In this document: positions 20,414 to 30,605 of the stretch, piece after piece | How positions within the stretch are numbered: position 1 is the stretch's first letter | Layout of the letters: each line of letters starts with the position of its first letter | Source: an uncultured Pseudomonadota bacterium | Lineage (GTDB): Bacteria; Vulcanimicrobiota; Vulcanimicrobiia; Eremiobacterales; Eremiobacteraceae | DNA length: 64,000 bases | NCBI GenBank assembly: GCA_963736005.1 | Contig: CAVTNB010000001.1 | Span: 896,001-960,000 of the forward strand | Direction of reading: 5' to 3' | The notes under the pieces: model-generated | Seen by the model: the letters and a program-made list of their open reading frames with translations, nothing else | Databases searched by the model: none | What the model was told of the DNA's origin: nothing | Made by a program: the position numbers and the translations under genes

Positions 20414-23400
20414 TGAGGATGCAAGAAATGCGCGCGAATAAATTCGCGCCACTACATTGCCTGATTCTCGTGTTACTCGTGTGCGCTGCGCCGGCCTTGG
20501 CGTACGATCCGGTCAGCCTTGTCGATCCTCTCATTGGTACGTCCGGCAATTTCACCGACGGCCCCAGCGATACGTTTCCAGGCGCCGACGCACCCTTTGG
20601 CTTGGTACAGTGGAGCCCGGATACCACATCGCAACCGCCGGGCGGCGGTTACCTTTATGGTGATAGTCAAATCACCGGCTTCACTCTTACGCACCTGAGC
20701 GGAGCCGGCTGTCCGGTCTTCGGCGACATCGGCATCTTGCCCACGATCGGCCCCATTGCCGACCCTGCCGATGCCAAGCAGCCCTTCACGCACGTGACCG
20801 AAAATGCGGCGCCGGGCTATTACGCCATCATGCTTGGCCAACCTGGAATCATGAGTCGGCTCACAGTAACCACACGCTCGGGTTTAGGCAGCTTTACTTT
20901 TCCCGCAACACCACAAGCCAACATCTTGATCAATGCGGGGTCGAACCAAGCCGGTGTTGCGGGCGCGTCAGTCAGGTTTGTCAGCGATCAAGAGATCGTC
21001 GGCTCTGCGACGGCGGGATGGTTCTGCGGCATGCCCGGAAGCTATACAGTTTATTTTGCGCTGCGCTTCAATCGCCCGTTCTTGACATACGGTACCTGGC
21101 TCGGCAATCAAGTGACCGCACAAAGCGGACAATCGAGCGGCACCCGGGCCGGTTCTTGGGTCACCTTCGATACGACCCAGCAGCAAACGGTCAAGGTCCA
21201 GGCCGCCATTTCGTTTGTGAGCATCGATGGCGCGCTTGGGAATTTGCGCAGCGAAGCGAGGACATGGGATGTCGACGCGGTTGCCGCCGCGACTGGGCGT
21301 GCGTGGCGCGACGAACTGAATCGCATTACGGTCGAGGGTGGTACGCCCGTACAACGACGGGTCTTCTACTCGGCGCTCTATCACGCGATGCTTCATCCGA
21401 ATATCTTCAGCGACAGCGATGGCCAATATCGCGGATTCGACGGTCGCGTGCACCGAGTAGACGGCGGTCACGTTGAGTACGCCACATTTTCGGGCTGGGA
21501 TGTCTATCGCACGCAGATTCCTCTTGTTGCCATGCTCGATCCGCAACGGGCCAGCGATATGATGCGCTCACTCGTGCATGCGGCACAGCAGAGCGGATGG
21601 CTGCCCAAGTGGTCCCTCGTCAACGTGGAGAGCGCAGTGATGGGTGGCGACCCTTCAGATCCCATCATTGCCGGCGCGTACGCGTTTGGCGCGCGAGATT
21701 TTGACGCACGCAGCGCGCTCGCGGCGATGGTCAAAGGCGCAACGCAACCGAGTGGCGTGCCGGGCCAGGGCTGGTACATCCAACGGCCGGGGCTGGCCGA
21801 GTACCAGGACCGAGGTTATGTGGTGAACGATCACACGACAAATGTCGCCCCCGTTGCCAATGGAGCGTCGCTCACGTTGGAGTACGCCCTTGACGATTTT
21901 TCCATCGCAGAGCTGGCGAAAGCGCTCGGCAACGGCCAAACCTTTCGCGAGATGATGGTGCGCGCACAGAATTGGTCGAACATCTTCGATGGATCTACCG
22001 GGCTCATTGCGCCACGCGACCGTGACGGAGCTTTCATGCAGACACCGCTAACCTTAAATGGTCAAAGCGGTTTCCAGGAAGGTAATGCTGCGCAGTACAC
22101 GTGGATGGTACCGCAAAACATGGCTGCACTGGTGAGCGCCATGGGCGGACCCGCCGTGGCGAACACTCGATTAGACGATTTCTTTACGCAACTCGATGCT
22201 GGGCAAGACAAACCCTATGCCTGGTTGGGGAACGAACCGACCATCGGAAGTCCTTGGGCCTACCTCAGCGCAGGCACACCATGGAAAGCCCAGCGCGTGA
22301 TTCGTGACGCAATGACACAACTGTGGGGCGATACGCCGGACGGCATCCCTGGCAACGATGACCTTGGAACCATGAGCGCTTGGTACGTCTGGTGCGCCCT
22401 CGGCCTGTATCCGCAGAATCCGGCCGCCGCGGTGCTCGACATCGGCGCACCGATTTTTAGTCACATCGTTATCTCAGGACCAAGAGCGACACGAATCACG
22501 ATCGACGCTCCGCAGGCTTCTACCGACGATGCCTACGTGGAGTCCTTGCGAGTGAATGGCAAATCTTGGCCGCGCAGTTGGATTGCTTTTGCCCCTCACA
22601 ATCCTTTGCGCCTGGACTTTACGCTTGGCAACACGCCGAATACCCGGTGGGCGGTATCTTCCAAGGACGCACCACCATCTTATGCTCTGGGGCCCGTGCG
22701 CATCCCCGCCTCTACGCTTGCGAACTTTTCTCTGGACACCCAACAGCTGGAAATTCAACCGGGGGAATCGAGCGCGTTGAGTTTTTCCGTGAACAACCCA
22801 GTTGGTGCGTCAAGCACCACTCTTGAGTGGCGCGCGATTGTGCCAGCGGGTTTGAGTCTTGTCGCGTCGAGTGGAAGCACAACTCTAGGACCCGGTCAAA
22901 CAAGCAGAGCAGCAGAGCACCTGAGCGTCGACGCGGCGACATCACCTGGGCTTTACGACGTTTCGATCGTGGGAAACGGCAATGGTGGCGCGCTCGTGCA
23001 TCGCGCGACCACAGTCGTGCGGGTAGCACGTCCTGGGCAGAGACTTGCGCTTACATACGTTACGAATTTTTTTGACGACTCAATCGTTGCCGTCGATTGG
23101 CAGACGCTCGCGTTCGGTGTGCCGATACCAGTGGCGCAGTATCCACGCGATGTGGCGCTGAGCCCTGATGGCATGCGCGCATATGTCGCCGACGAAGGAG
23201 CTAACGAAGTGAGTGTCGTCGATCTTGCGACGAGCTCGGTTATATCTACAATCCACGTTGGCGGCGGTCCGTGGGGGATCCGGGTCGCGCCGGACGGCCG
23301 CACGGCGTGGGTTGCGAACAACGCGGACAACAGCGTGCAGCCAATCGACACCGCAACCCTCGCCGCTGGAGCACCGATTCACGTCGGTTTGGCTCCAGGC

Positions 23401-23919
23401 GATCTTGCGATCACGCCAGACGGGACCACACTCTTTGTTGCCGATCAAAACTCAAGCGATGTGACGCCCGTCGACCTTCGCACGCGAACGGCTATGGCGC
23501 CGATTCCTGTTGGCGCACGCCCACGTGGACTCGCCGTGACTCCTGACGGCAAAACCTTATTCGTGAGCAACATGGGATCGAATTCGGTAACCCCAATCGA
23601 TGTCACGACGCAACGGGCCGGCACACCAATCGCGGTCGGCGTCGCACCGCGTGGTCTGGCAGTCTCTCCCGATGGCCGCTGGCTGTATGTTAGCAACTTT
23701 GGGACGAATGATGTCACGCCCATCAATGTCGCGACTCGTGTCGCGGGCAAGCCCATTTCGGTTGGTCTTAATCCAACGGCCGTAACCTTCGATCCGACCG
23801 GCAGCGTCGCCATCGTTGCGCAATCTGGTGACAATGACTGCGTCGTCATCAACGTGCAGACTCAAACGGTGAGCGCGCCCATTGCCGTGGGCACGCGGCC
23901 GACGGCGATCGCACGTTAG
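20413..23919 (+). CDS. Secreted GH92 alpha-mannosidase-like protein fused to an Ig-like domain and YVTN-type beta-propeller
   Basis: TFPGA..PFG.VQWSPDT, SGWDVYR, EGN, GNEP, PGNDDLGTMSAW; C-terminal VG..P.G.A.TPDG repeats; start overlaps hpnI stop (TGATG). Confidence 0.9.
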   Translation: MRMQEMRANKFAPLHCLILVLLVCAAPALAYDPVSLVDPLIGTSGNFTDGPSDTFPGADAPFGLVQWSPDTTSQPPGGGYLYGDSQITGFTLTHLSGAGCPVFGDIGILPTIGPIADPADAKQPFTHVTENAAPGYYAIMLGQPGIMSRLTVTTRSGLGSFTFPATPQANILINAGSNQAGVAGASVRFVSDQEIVGSATAGWFCGMPGSYTVYFALRFNRPFLTYGTWLGNQVTAQSGQSSGTRAGSWVTFDTTQQQTVKVQAAISFVSIDGALGNLRSEARTWDVDAVAAATGRAWRDELNRITVEGGTPVQRRVFYSALYHAMLHPNIFSDSDGQYRGFDGRVHRVDGGHVEYATFSGWDVYRTQIPLVAMLDPQRASDMMRSLVHAAQQSGWLPKWSLVNVESAVMGGDPSDPIIAGAYAFGARDFDARSALAAMVKGATQPSGVPGQGWYIQRPGLAEYQDRGYVVNDHTTNVAPVANGASLTLEYALDDFSIAELAKALGNGQTFREMMVRAQNWSNIFDGSTGLIAPRDRDGAFMQTPLTLNGQSGFQEGNAAQYTWMVPQNMAALVSAMGGPAVANTRLDDFFTQLDAGQDKPYAWLGNEPTIGSPWAYLSAGTPWKAQRVIRDAMTQLWGDTPDGIPGNDDLGTMSAWYVWCALGLYPQNPAAAVLDIGAPIFSHIVISGPRATRITIDAPQASTDDAYVESLRVNGKSWPRSWIAFAPHNPLRLDFTLGNTPNTRWAVSSKDAPPSYALGPVRIPASTLANFSLDTQQLEIQPGESSALSFSVNNPVGASSTTLEWRAIVPAGLSLVASSGSTTLGPGQTSRAAEHLSVDAATSPGLYDVSIVGNGNGGALVHRATTVVRVARPGQRLALTYVTNFFDDSIVAVDWQTLAFGVPIPVAQYPRDVALSPDGMRAYVADEGANEVSVVDLATSSVISTIHVGGGPWGIRVAPDGRTAWVANNADNSVQPIDTATLAAGAPIHVGLAPGDLAITPDGTTLFVADQNSSDVTPVDLRTRTAMAPIPVGARPRGLAVTPDGKTLFVSNMGSNSVTPIDVTTQRAGTPIAVGVAPRGLAVSPDGRWLYVSNFGTNDVTPINVATRVAGKPISVGLNPTAVTFDPTGSVAIVAQSGDNDCVVINVQTQTVSAPIAVGTRPTAIAR
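20431..20455 (-). repeat. REP class C in-frame in GH92 signal peptide n-region
   Basis: cgcgcgaataaattcgcgccactac; encodes RANKFAPL. Confidence 0.85.
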
Positions 23920-23925
23920 ACGTTT

Positions 23926-23979
23926 GGGCGACTTGACAGTCGCCGCTATCGGCACGCGCGAAGAAATTCGCGCGACTAC
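23926..23979 (-). repeat. REP doublet B + C
   Basis: gggcgacttgacagtcgccgctat 23926-23949; cgcgcgaagaaattcgcgcgactac 23955-23979. Confidence 0.9.
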
Positions 23980-26579
23980 ATTTTCGCCGCGGGGACCATT
24001 TGGCGAGCATCCAGTGCGCGCGACACTACGTCCTGCAGGCTCGCGAGGTGCGCACTCGTCATCTCGTCAAGGTTCGATCGCCCCATCGCCGTCTTGAGGT
24101 TTGCACGGAGATCGACGAGCTCGGCTCGGGCCATCGACTGCGCATCAAAGGGCGTTCCCGCTTCCGGTGCGAGCCAAATTTGCACGAGTTTTCGCGCGTA
24201 CCACTGCTGGGTGGCACGATGAACCTGGCCGATGCTGCGCAACCTGGGATCGTGCAAATCTCCAAACAGCGAGGTTTGCGTCCAGTCGAAGAGATCGGTC
24301 AAACTCATCGTTGCGCCAGGCTTCGCCTTCAACGACAAGTCATTGAGCCGTTCTAGCATGAGCGGTTGGAACATCGTTGTGAGTTCTTGCTGCGCGATCC
24401 CCGCTGCGATTTCGGCGATGGGGATATCATGGCGCGGCAGAGGGTTGTATGCCCAGGCTGCACCCGGGGATGTTTCCCATTCGGAATAGACCATACGGTT
24501 CAGCGTCGCCGGTGAAAAGCTCCAAGCGCCATCGGAGAAAATATAGTTGTCGAGCAAGTGAAACGCTCGAAGCTCGTCGGTGCGCGGCACCTGGACAAGC
24601 GGTGGGCTTGCACCAGGATCGCCTGGATACGAGCGAGACAAGTATTCCCCACCAATATAGTGTTCAGGCCACGTTGCGGCGATCGTATAGACCTGCGCAA
24701 AGATGGCGCCAAAGGCTGCACGCTCCTGGTCGTAAGAGTTGCCCGGCTGAGGCCAGTGCTGGTCCAAACTCGAGAAGAGATCGTGCGAGAGCTTGAGCTG
24801 AGTTTCGCCCCAGCTCAGCGGATCGTTCGTCAAATCCCACTGGGCAACGCGCGGATCGATCGCGTGGCCGCTGCCGTAGTCGACGTCTTCATCGCTCGCG
24901 AAGCGAAACAGCGGGTTCGTCCATTCGCTTGCCCAGCGGTTCAGAGTTGGAACCTCGTCTTGCGGCGAGCGCGCTCCCGGAACGCGAGCGTAGCCCCAAT
25001 GAATCGCATGATAGTCATACGGCCCAAGGGCGGTTTGCCAATAGGTTCCTTGCGGGTAGCCTTTCGGCCACAGATTCAGAGGCGCGTATTCCATCACGGA
25101 CGTCGCGACACCGTATTTCTCAGTGAACGACTTGCTCTGCAGCTCTTTCGCGCTGTAGGCCATCGAGCCGATAAAATTGTGCTGCAATCCAAAGCCGTGC
25201 CCCGACTCATGCACGACGAATGACTGCATCAATTGATCGTTGTACTGCGCGAGCGCCGAACCGGTCAACGGATGACCCATGGCGGCGAGCGCGATTCTGC
25301 CGAATGTGGCTTGCTGCCTTTTGCCCTGGGCGTATTCCTCATCGCGCCCTGCAAGGGCGATGCCCGCGCCACCTGCGGTTGGCTGCGTGAGGAACTGCCA
25401 CGAGGCATTCGAGAAGGACATGACGTCGGCGTCAATCACGATGTTCGTGCGAATTTCTTGACCGGTGCGCGGATCCCAGATTTGACTTTCGGCTGCGTAG
25501 CCACCCGAATTTGACTGTGTAAGCCAGATGATCGTGTTGTAGCGGACGTCATCAGGATCCCAGTTGGGATCGTTCGGTTGGTCCTTCACTTGCACGGCAT
25601 CGCTAATGCCAATCCTCTCGAAAGCAGCATTCCACCTGAGGATGCCTTTGCGGATCGAATCCCGGTACTGCGTCGGAACGTTGTCTGACATGTAGTAGAT
25701 CATAGGATGTTTTGCGGGTGACATCGGCTTGCTTGGATCCGACGGCTGCATGTTCCAACGCACGACATACCGGTTAAGACGCGTGTATTTTGCATCCGTG
25801 GCGAAGTTGAGAAACGCAGAATCGAAAAACCCTACGCGAGAGTCGGCGAGCCGCGGTGTGTAGTCGCCGTCATTCGGGGGCTGCACGATGTTGTAGGCAA
25901 TACGAATTCCAAGCGAGCGCGGGTCTGGCACGTTGTCAATGGTTTGGGGATCATCGCAGGCCCAGGTTTGATCGGCCGTGATGATGACGTTGTCTGGAAA
26001 TGCCTTGGTTGGGCCGAACAGGGTGCGATCTGAATCGAGCCGATACATTTGTTCTGGATCTGGGCCGGTAACCGTTTTGAGGACCGCCGCGAGATCGTAG
26101 ACGTCTCCGAGGAAGAACGAGGCATCGAACACGAGGTGGCCGCTCACCGCATCGGTCGCAACGATCGGGGCAACGCCAACGACTGAATTTGCGAAAGTAC
26201 GCTTAATGGCGCGTTGTGCTGGATCGTTGCCGGGAGCGATAAAGTAGGTATTTGGCAATGTCACGACGATCTTGTTGTCGCTCTTGCTGAAACGGATGAT
26301 CCGAGCAAAGGATGTGATGCCGCCGGGAATGACGTTCCAACCGCCGATGCCATTCACTTGTTCGGCGCTGGCGATAAAATCTTGGTCAAGCTGCGACGGC
26401 GCGATTTCTATGTAAACCTTGCCGTCCTTACGGATAATATTGAAGAGACCGTTTTGGACTTGCGCGCCGGCAACGAATGTCGCGTACGCGGCGGGAGCGG
26501 AACTATCGTCGGCGCGGGCGATGGACGGCAGCACGATAAGCAATGCAACGAGCGTTCCAAACCAGCGGGTCGACTTCAC
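23976..26579 (-). CDS. Secreted zinc-dependent metalloprotease (DUF5117/DUF4953 EcxA-like), paralog 1
   Basis: Signal peptide; PRLADSRVGFF; HESGHGFGLQHNF; SVMEY Met-turn. Confidence 0.9.
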   Translation of the reverse strand: MKSTRWFGTLVALLIVLPSIARADDSSAPAAYATFVAGAQVQNGLFNIIRKDGKVYIEIAPSQLDQDFIASAEQVNGIGGWNVIPGGITSFARIIRFSKSDNKIVVTLPNTYFIAPGNDPAQRAIKRTFANSVVGVAPIVATDAVSGHLVFDASFFLGDVYDLAAVLKTVTGPDPEQMYRLDSDRTLFGPTKAFPDNVIITADQTWACDDPQTIDNVPDPRSLGIRIAYNIVQPPNDGDYTPRLADSRVGFFDSAFLNFATDAKYTRLNRYVVRWNMQPSDPSKPMSPAKHPMIYYMSDNVPTQYRDSIRKGILRWNAAFERIGISDAVQVKDQPNDPNWDPDDVRYNTIIWLTQSNSGGYAAESQIWDPRTGQEIRTNIVIDADVMSFSNASWQFLTQPTAGGAGIALAGRDEEYAQGKRQQATFGRIALAAMGHPLTGSALAQYNDQLMQSFVVHESGHGFGLQHNFIGSMAYSAKELQSKSFTEKYGVATSVMEYAPLNLWPKGYPQGTYWQTALGPYDYHAIHWGYARVPGARSPQDEVPTLNRWASEWTNPLFRFASDEDVDYGSGHAIDPRVAQWDLTNDPLSWGETQLKLSHDLFSSLDQHWPQPGNSYDQERAAFGAIFAQVYTIAATWPEHYIGGEYLSRSYPGDPGASPPLVQVPRTDELRAFHLLDNYIFSDGAWSFSPATLNRMVYSEWETSPGAAWAYNPLPRHDIPIAEIAAGIAQQELTTMFQPLMLERLNDLSLKAKPGATMSLTDLFDWTQTSLFGDLHDPRLRSIGQVHRATQQWYARKLVQIWLAPEAGTPFDAQSMARAELVDLRANLKTAMGRSNLDEMTSAHLASLQDVVSRALDARQMVPAAKM

Positions 26580-26594
26580 GAAGGCCTCCTTAAT

Positions 26595-26643
26595 GGGCGA
26601 CTTGACGGTCGCTCGCCACGCGCGAATAAATTCGCGCGACTAC
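26595..26643 (-). repeat. REP doublet B + C
   Basis: gggcgacttgacggtcgctc 26595-26614; cgcgcgaataaattcgcgcgactac 26619-26643. Confidence 0.9.
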
Positions 26644-29261
26644 ATTTTTGGCGCGGGGACAACTTCACGAGCGTCTAAGGCGCGCGAGACCACGTCTTGC
26701 AAGCTCCCCAAATGAGCGCGCGTGAGTTCGTCAAGACCCGAGCGCCCGAGCGCGCCGCCTACGTTCGAACGCAAGTCAACGAGCTTCGCGCGAGCTAGCG
26801 ACTGCGCATCATACGGGGTCCCCGGGCTTGGCGCCAGCCACATCTGAGCCAACTTTCGCGCATACCACTGCTGCACGGCGCGGTGCACTTGGTCGATGGT
26901 ACGCAACCGCGAATTGCGCAAGTCCCCGTACACCGATGCCTGCGTCCAATCAAACAAGTCGGTGAGCGACATCGTTGTCCCCGGCTTGGCTTTGAGCGGC
27001 AGATCGTTGAGACGCTCGAGCATCAGCGGATCGTACAGCATGGTCAGTACTTGACTTGCGAAGCCTTGGGCCAGTTCTGCTACCGGAATATCATGCCGAG
27101 GCTGCGGCGCGTACGCCCACAAGCCGGGTGACGTCGTTTCCCACTCGCTGTACACAAGGCGATTCAGCGTGCCCGATGAGAAGCTCCATGCTCCGTCGCC
27201 GAGCACGTACTTATCCAGCAGACCGAAGGCGCGCTGTTCTTGCGCCCGTGGTACTTGCACGAGCGGCGCGGTGGCGCCGGGGTCGCCCGCGTGGGAGCGC
27301 GAGAGATATTCTCCAGCGATGAAGTGCACCGGTTGAATTGCCGCGTTGAGTTTTTCGAAAAAGACGTAGCCAAAGGCATACCGCTCTTGGTCGTAGGTGT
27401 TGCCCGGCTGCGGCCAGTGCGAGTCGAGTTTGTTCATGAGGTCGTTGCTAAATTTCATTCGGCCCTCAGCCCAAGCCAAAGAATCGCTCGTGAGATCCCA
27501 GCGAGCCACACGAGGATCGATCGCGTGGGCACCTTCATACGTGGCGTCTTCATCGCTGGCGAAATGGTAGAGTGGGTTCGTCCACTGCGACGCCCAGTAA
27601 TTGAGGGTTGACAGCTCGTCCTGCGGAGTCCGCGCGCCGGGAATGCGCGCATACCCGTACTTAATGGCATGGTAGTCGTACGGTCCAAGCATGGTCATCC
27701 AGTAATCACCCGTGGATTGTCCCTTTGGCCACACGTTGATCCCTACGTACTCCATCACCGATGACGAAAGACCGTACCTGGAAGTGAATTGTTTGCTCTG
27801 CACCTGCTTACTTGAATAGGCTTCGCTACCCATGAAATTGTGCATGAGCCCAAGCGAATGACCTGACTCGTGCATGATTGTCCAAAGAAGCCCGTTATTG
27901 AGATATTTTTCGAGCGCAGCGCCCGTCAGCGGCTGGCCTTGCACCGCGAGCGCCACTCTCCCAAAGCCGGCCTCTTGGCGGGCACCGAGCATGAGCTCCC
28001 GCTCGTCTGCCACGAATGGCGATGTGGCGCTGTTGGCTGGGTTCGCGAAATATTGTCCGCTCGAGCCCAAGAAGTTGGGCCAATCGGCGTCGATCACGAT
28101 GTTCCCGCGGAACGCCATGCCATTGCGTGGATCGTAGGTTGGCCCTGCGGCGGCGAATTGTCCACTGTTGGACTCGGTCAGCCACAGCACCGTGTTGTAG
28201 CGAATGTCGTCTGGGTCCCATGTCGCATCCGCCGGCTGATCTTTGACTTCGATGGCGTCGCTGATGCCAATCCGCGCGAATGCATCGTTCCAACGCAAAA
28301 TTGCGGTCCTGAGCGTCGCGCGATATTGCGTTGGAATTTCGTTTGAGAGGTAATAGACGATCGGTTGCTTTGCAGGCGACAGCGCCTTCATGGGATCCGA
28401 CGGCTGGAGGTTCCAACGGATAACATAGTGGACGACTCGTGTATAATTCGAGTCCTTGGCAAAGTTGAGATACGCAGAATCGAAGTAGCCGATGCGGTCG
28501 TCCGCAAGACGCGGCATGTAGCCAGTGCTGTCGGGCGGCTGCATGATATTGTAAGCGATCCGAAGCTGGAATGAGCGTGGGTCGGGTACGTTGTCGATCA
28601 CCTGCGGATTATCGCTCTTCCAGGTTTGATCCGCATCGATAACGATGTTGAGCGGGAACGCCTTGGTTGGGCCAAAGAGCGTTTCGTCGGGGTTGAGACT
28701 GTAGGCCTGGTCTGGATGATCGGGCCCCGTGATCTGGCGCAGCTGCGCCGTCATGTTGATGAGGTCGCCTAAGAAGAACGAGGCATCGAAAACGACGTGG
28801 CCTGTGACCGCGTCAGTCGCCACGATGGGTGCCACGGCCACAACAGAGTTGGCAAAGGTGCGTTTGATGGCGCGCTGGGCCGCATCGTTGCCCGGAGCTA
28901 TGAAGTACGTGTTTGGGTAGGTGACGACAATTTTATTTTCGTTCTTCGAAAAGTGGATAATGCGAGCGCCGAATGCCGTGTTAAGACCGCCAGGCCAAAT
29001 CCCATAGCCGCCCAGGCCATTGACCTGTTCGGCCGTTTGAATGAAGTCTTGGTCGAGTTGGGAAGGCGCGATCTCTAAAAAAACCTTGCCATCTTTACGG
29101 ATTATGTTGAAGAGGCCGTTTTGAACCTGAGCCCCATCGACAAATTTCGCATAAGGTGCGGGCCCTGTGCCGCTATCCGGGCCACCTGCGTCATCTGCCT
29201 TCACCACCGCGGGCACGAGTGCAATCAATGCGATAAATGCAAATAAGCGAAGAGTCTTCAA
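26640..29261 (-). CDS. Secreted zinc-dependent metalloprotease (DUF5117/DUF4953 EcxA-like), paralog 2
   Basis: Signal peptide; HESGHSLGLMHNF; SVMEY; colinear with paralog 1. Confidence 0.9.
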   Translation of the reverse strand: MKTLRLFAFIALIALVPAVVKADDAGGPDSGTGPAPYAKFVDGAQVQNGLFNIIRKDGKVFLEIAPSQLDQDFIQTAEQVNGLGGYGIWPGGLNTAFGARIIHFSKNENKIVVTYPNTYFIAPGNDAAQRAIKRTFANSVVAVAPIVATDAVTGHVVFDASFFLGDLINMTAQLRQITGPDHPDQAYSLNPDETLFGPTKAFPLNIVIDADQTWKSDNPQVIDNVPDPRSFQLRIAYNIMQPPDSTGYMPRLADDRIGYFDSAYLNFAKDSNYTRVVHYVIRWNLQPSDPMKALSPAKQPIVYYLSNEIPTQYRATLRTAILRWNDAFARIGISDAIEVKDQPADATWDPDDIRYNTVLWLTESNSGQFAAAGPTYDPRNGMAFRGNIVIDADWPNFLGSSGQYFANPANSATSPFVADERELMLGARQEAGFGRVALAVQGQPLTGAALEKYLNNGLLWTIMHESGHSLGLMHNFMGSEAYSSKQVQSKQFTSRYGLSSSVMEYVGINVWPKGQSTGDYWMTMLGPYDYHAIKYGYARIPGARTPQDELSTLNYWASQWTNPLYHFASDEDATYEGAHAIDPRVARWDLTSDSLAWAEGRMKFSNDLMNKLDSHWPQPGNTYDQERYAFGYVFFEKLNAAIQPVHFIAGEYLSRSHAGDPGATAPLVQVPRAQEQRAFGLLDKYVLGDGAWSFSSGTLNRLVYSEWETTSPGLWAYAPQPRHDIPVAELAQGFASQVLTMLYDPLMLERLNDLPLKAKPGTTMSLTDLFDWTQASVYGDLRNSRLRTIDQVHRAVQQWYARKLAQMWLAPSPGTPYDAQSLARAKLVDLRSNVGGALGRSGLDELTRAHLGSLQDVVSRALDAREVVPAPKM

Positions 29262-29329
29262 TCGTGCCTCCCTTGGAACGTCGGGCGTTTACCACAACAG
29301 AGCGGCCGACTCATCGGTTGCCCGCTAAG

Positions 29330-29491
29330 TTGGAGTTGATTTTGAGCCGACGTACACAAATACAACCGCCCAGCGGTTTTGTTTCAGCGCCCGCGGGGGT
29401 GGATTGACCGCCGAGACTTTCAGGGCCTTTCTTACGTTGTGGAATTGGGCGGCTTTCCGGTGCCTGTTTAACGAGGGTTCGGGTGTTCTGA
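29330..29491 (+). ncRNA. Candidate 6S RNA-like rod-shaped ncRNA (ends uncertain)
   Basis: Stems tttgagcc/ggttcggg and ccgcccag/ttgggcgg flank a central bubble; G-U pairs favour + strand; motifs resemble 6S RNA as recalled. Confidence 0.45.
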
Positions 29492-29508
29492 AGTCGCCCA
29501 TCTTCTCT

Positions 29509-29856
29509 TTAGGTCCCGCGAGCGACCTCCGAGATTCCGATGACTGCCGCAAGCATGGCGACGCTACTGAGCACGAGCCACCAATCCCCTGTTCCAAGGA
29601 TGCCCACCACCCGGTCCGCAGCCACCGCGACTGTGCTCACAATCATCGCGCTGCGCCAGAACCGCAGCCGAGCAAAGGCCGAGAAGCCCGAGAGAATCAG
29701 CGCAGCGTTGACAACGACGGCCGCGACGACTGCACCGTCGACACCTCGTCCCATCCCAGCGGCAAGCGCGTCGCCAAGCCCCAGGAGCGCCCAGACGATC
29801 GCCACTATCCCAACGGAAAAGCGCGCTACGTTCGCGATGGAAACCCTGGTCGCCAT
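29509..29856 (-). CDS. Small integral membrane protein
   Basis: About four hydrophobic segments. Confidence 0.7.
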   Translation of the reverse strand: MATRVSIANVARFSVGIVAIVWALLGLGDALAAGMGRGVDGAVVAAVVVNAALILSGFSAFARLRFWRSAMIVSTVAVAADRVVGILGTGDWWLVLSSVAMLAAVIGISEVARGT

Positions 29857-29984
29857 TAGGCGTCTGTTTGCCTGTTGTCATCGGTCGACCCTTTGACAGG
29901 AAATTTTTCATCGCACGTCAGAATCTGAGGTCTTCCCTTTTTATCGCTGATAAGAGTTTTTGTTCTGTCGGAAAGGCGTCGTTC

Positions 29985-30605
29985 GTGCTCAAAGAGTTGC
30001 AAGGCGATCTCGATGTGGTCGAGACGCGAAATGAAGTTCGTGCACGCATGCGAGAGTATGCTGATGGCGGAGTTGAAGGGCGCTCGCGAGCCGAGCGCGC
30101 CGACGATGCGTGGCGTCTTGTGCAAAACGTTCTTGCGGAGGAGATCATCGAGCTCAATCGCGGTCTCGATACCTCTGCGCAAATCTTGGAGCACGATCGA
30201 TTAGCGCAGCCTGATGGCAGTCAGACAATTGAAATCGTGTATCGCGATCAAAAGTTTTCGTTCCAGCGCTCGAAGGACCGGCTTTCGATCGTGCTCATCG
30301 ATCAATCCGCCGGACGGCTCCCGGTTGAGACCGTCGGCACCAAATTGTTTATTGCAGGCGAACCGATTGGGTCTGCTATTGTGGCGGCAATCGGTCGTCT
30401 CGTGCACCGAGCCACGGCGGGCATCAAAGCGTCGCGGGTGAACCGCTACATGGCCCTCGAGCTCTCGACGCTATGGGCGAGCAAGGTCGAGGCGGCGCTC
30501 AATTTGGCGGACGAGAACGGTTTTCGCTTCGTGGAGTCCTACCGGACTCGAAAACCCGACCGCCGGGTCTTCCTTTTCAAGCGCAAAGGCCCGAAACAAG
30601 CGTAA
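29985..30605 (+). CDS. Hypothetical protein
   Basis: GTG start after GAAAGG RBS within ORF 29868-30605; globular composition. Confidence 0.6.
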   Translation: MLKELQGDLDVVETRNEVRARMREYADGGVEGRSRAERADDAWRLVQNVLAEEIIELNRGLDTSAQILEHDRLAQPDGSQTIEIVYRDQKFSFQRSKDRLSIVLIDQSAGRLPVETVGTKLFIAGEPIGSAIVAAIGRLVHRATAGIKASRVNRYMALELSTLWASKVEAALNLADENGFRFVESYRTRKPDRRVFLFKRKGPKQA

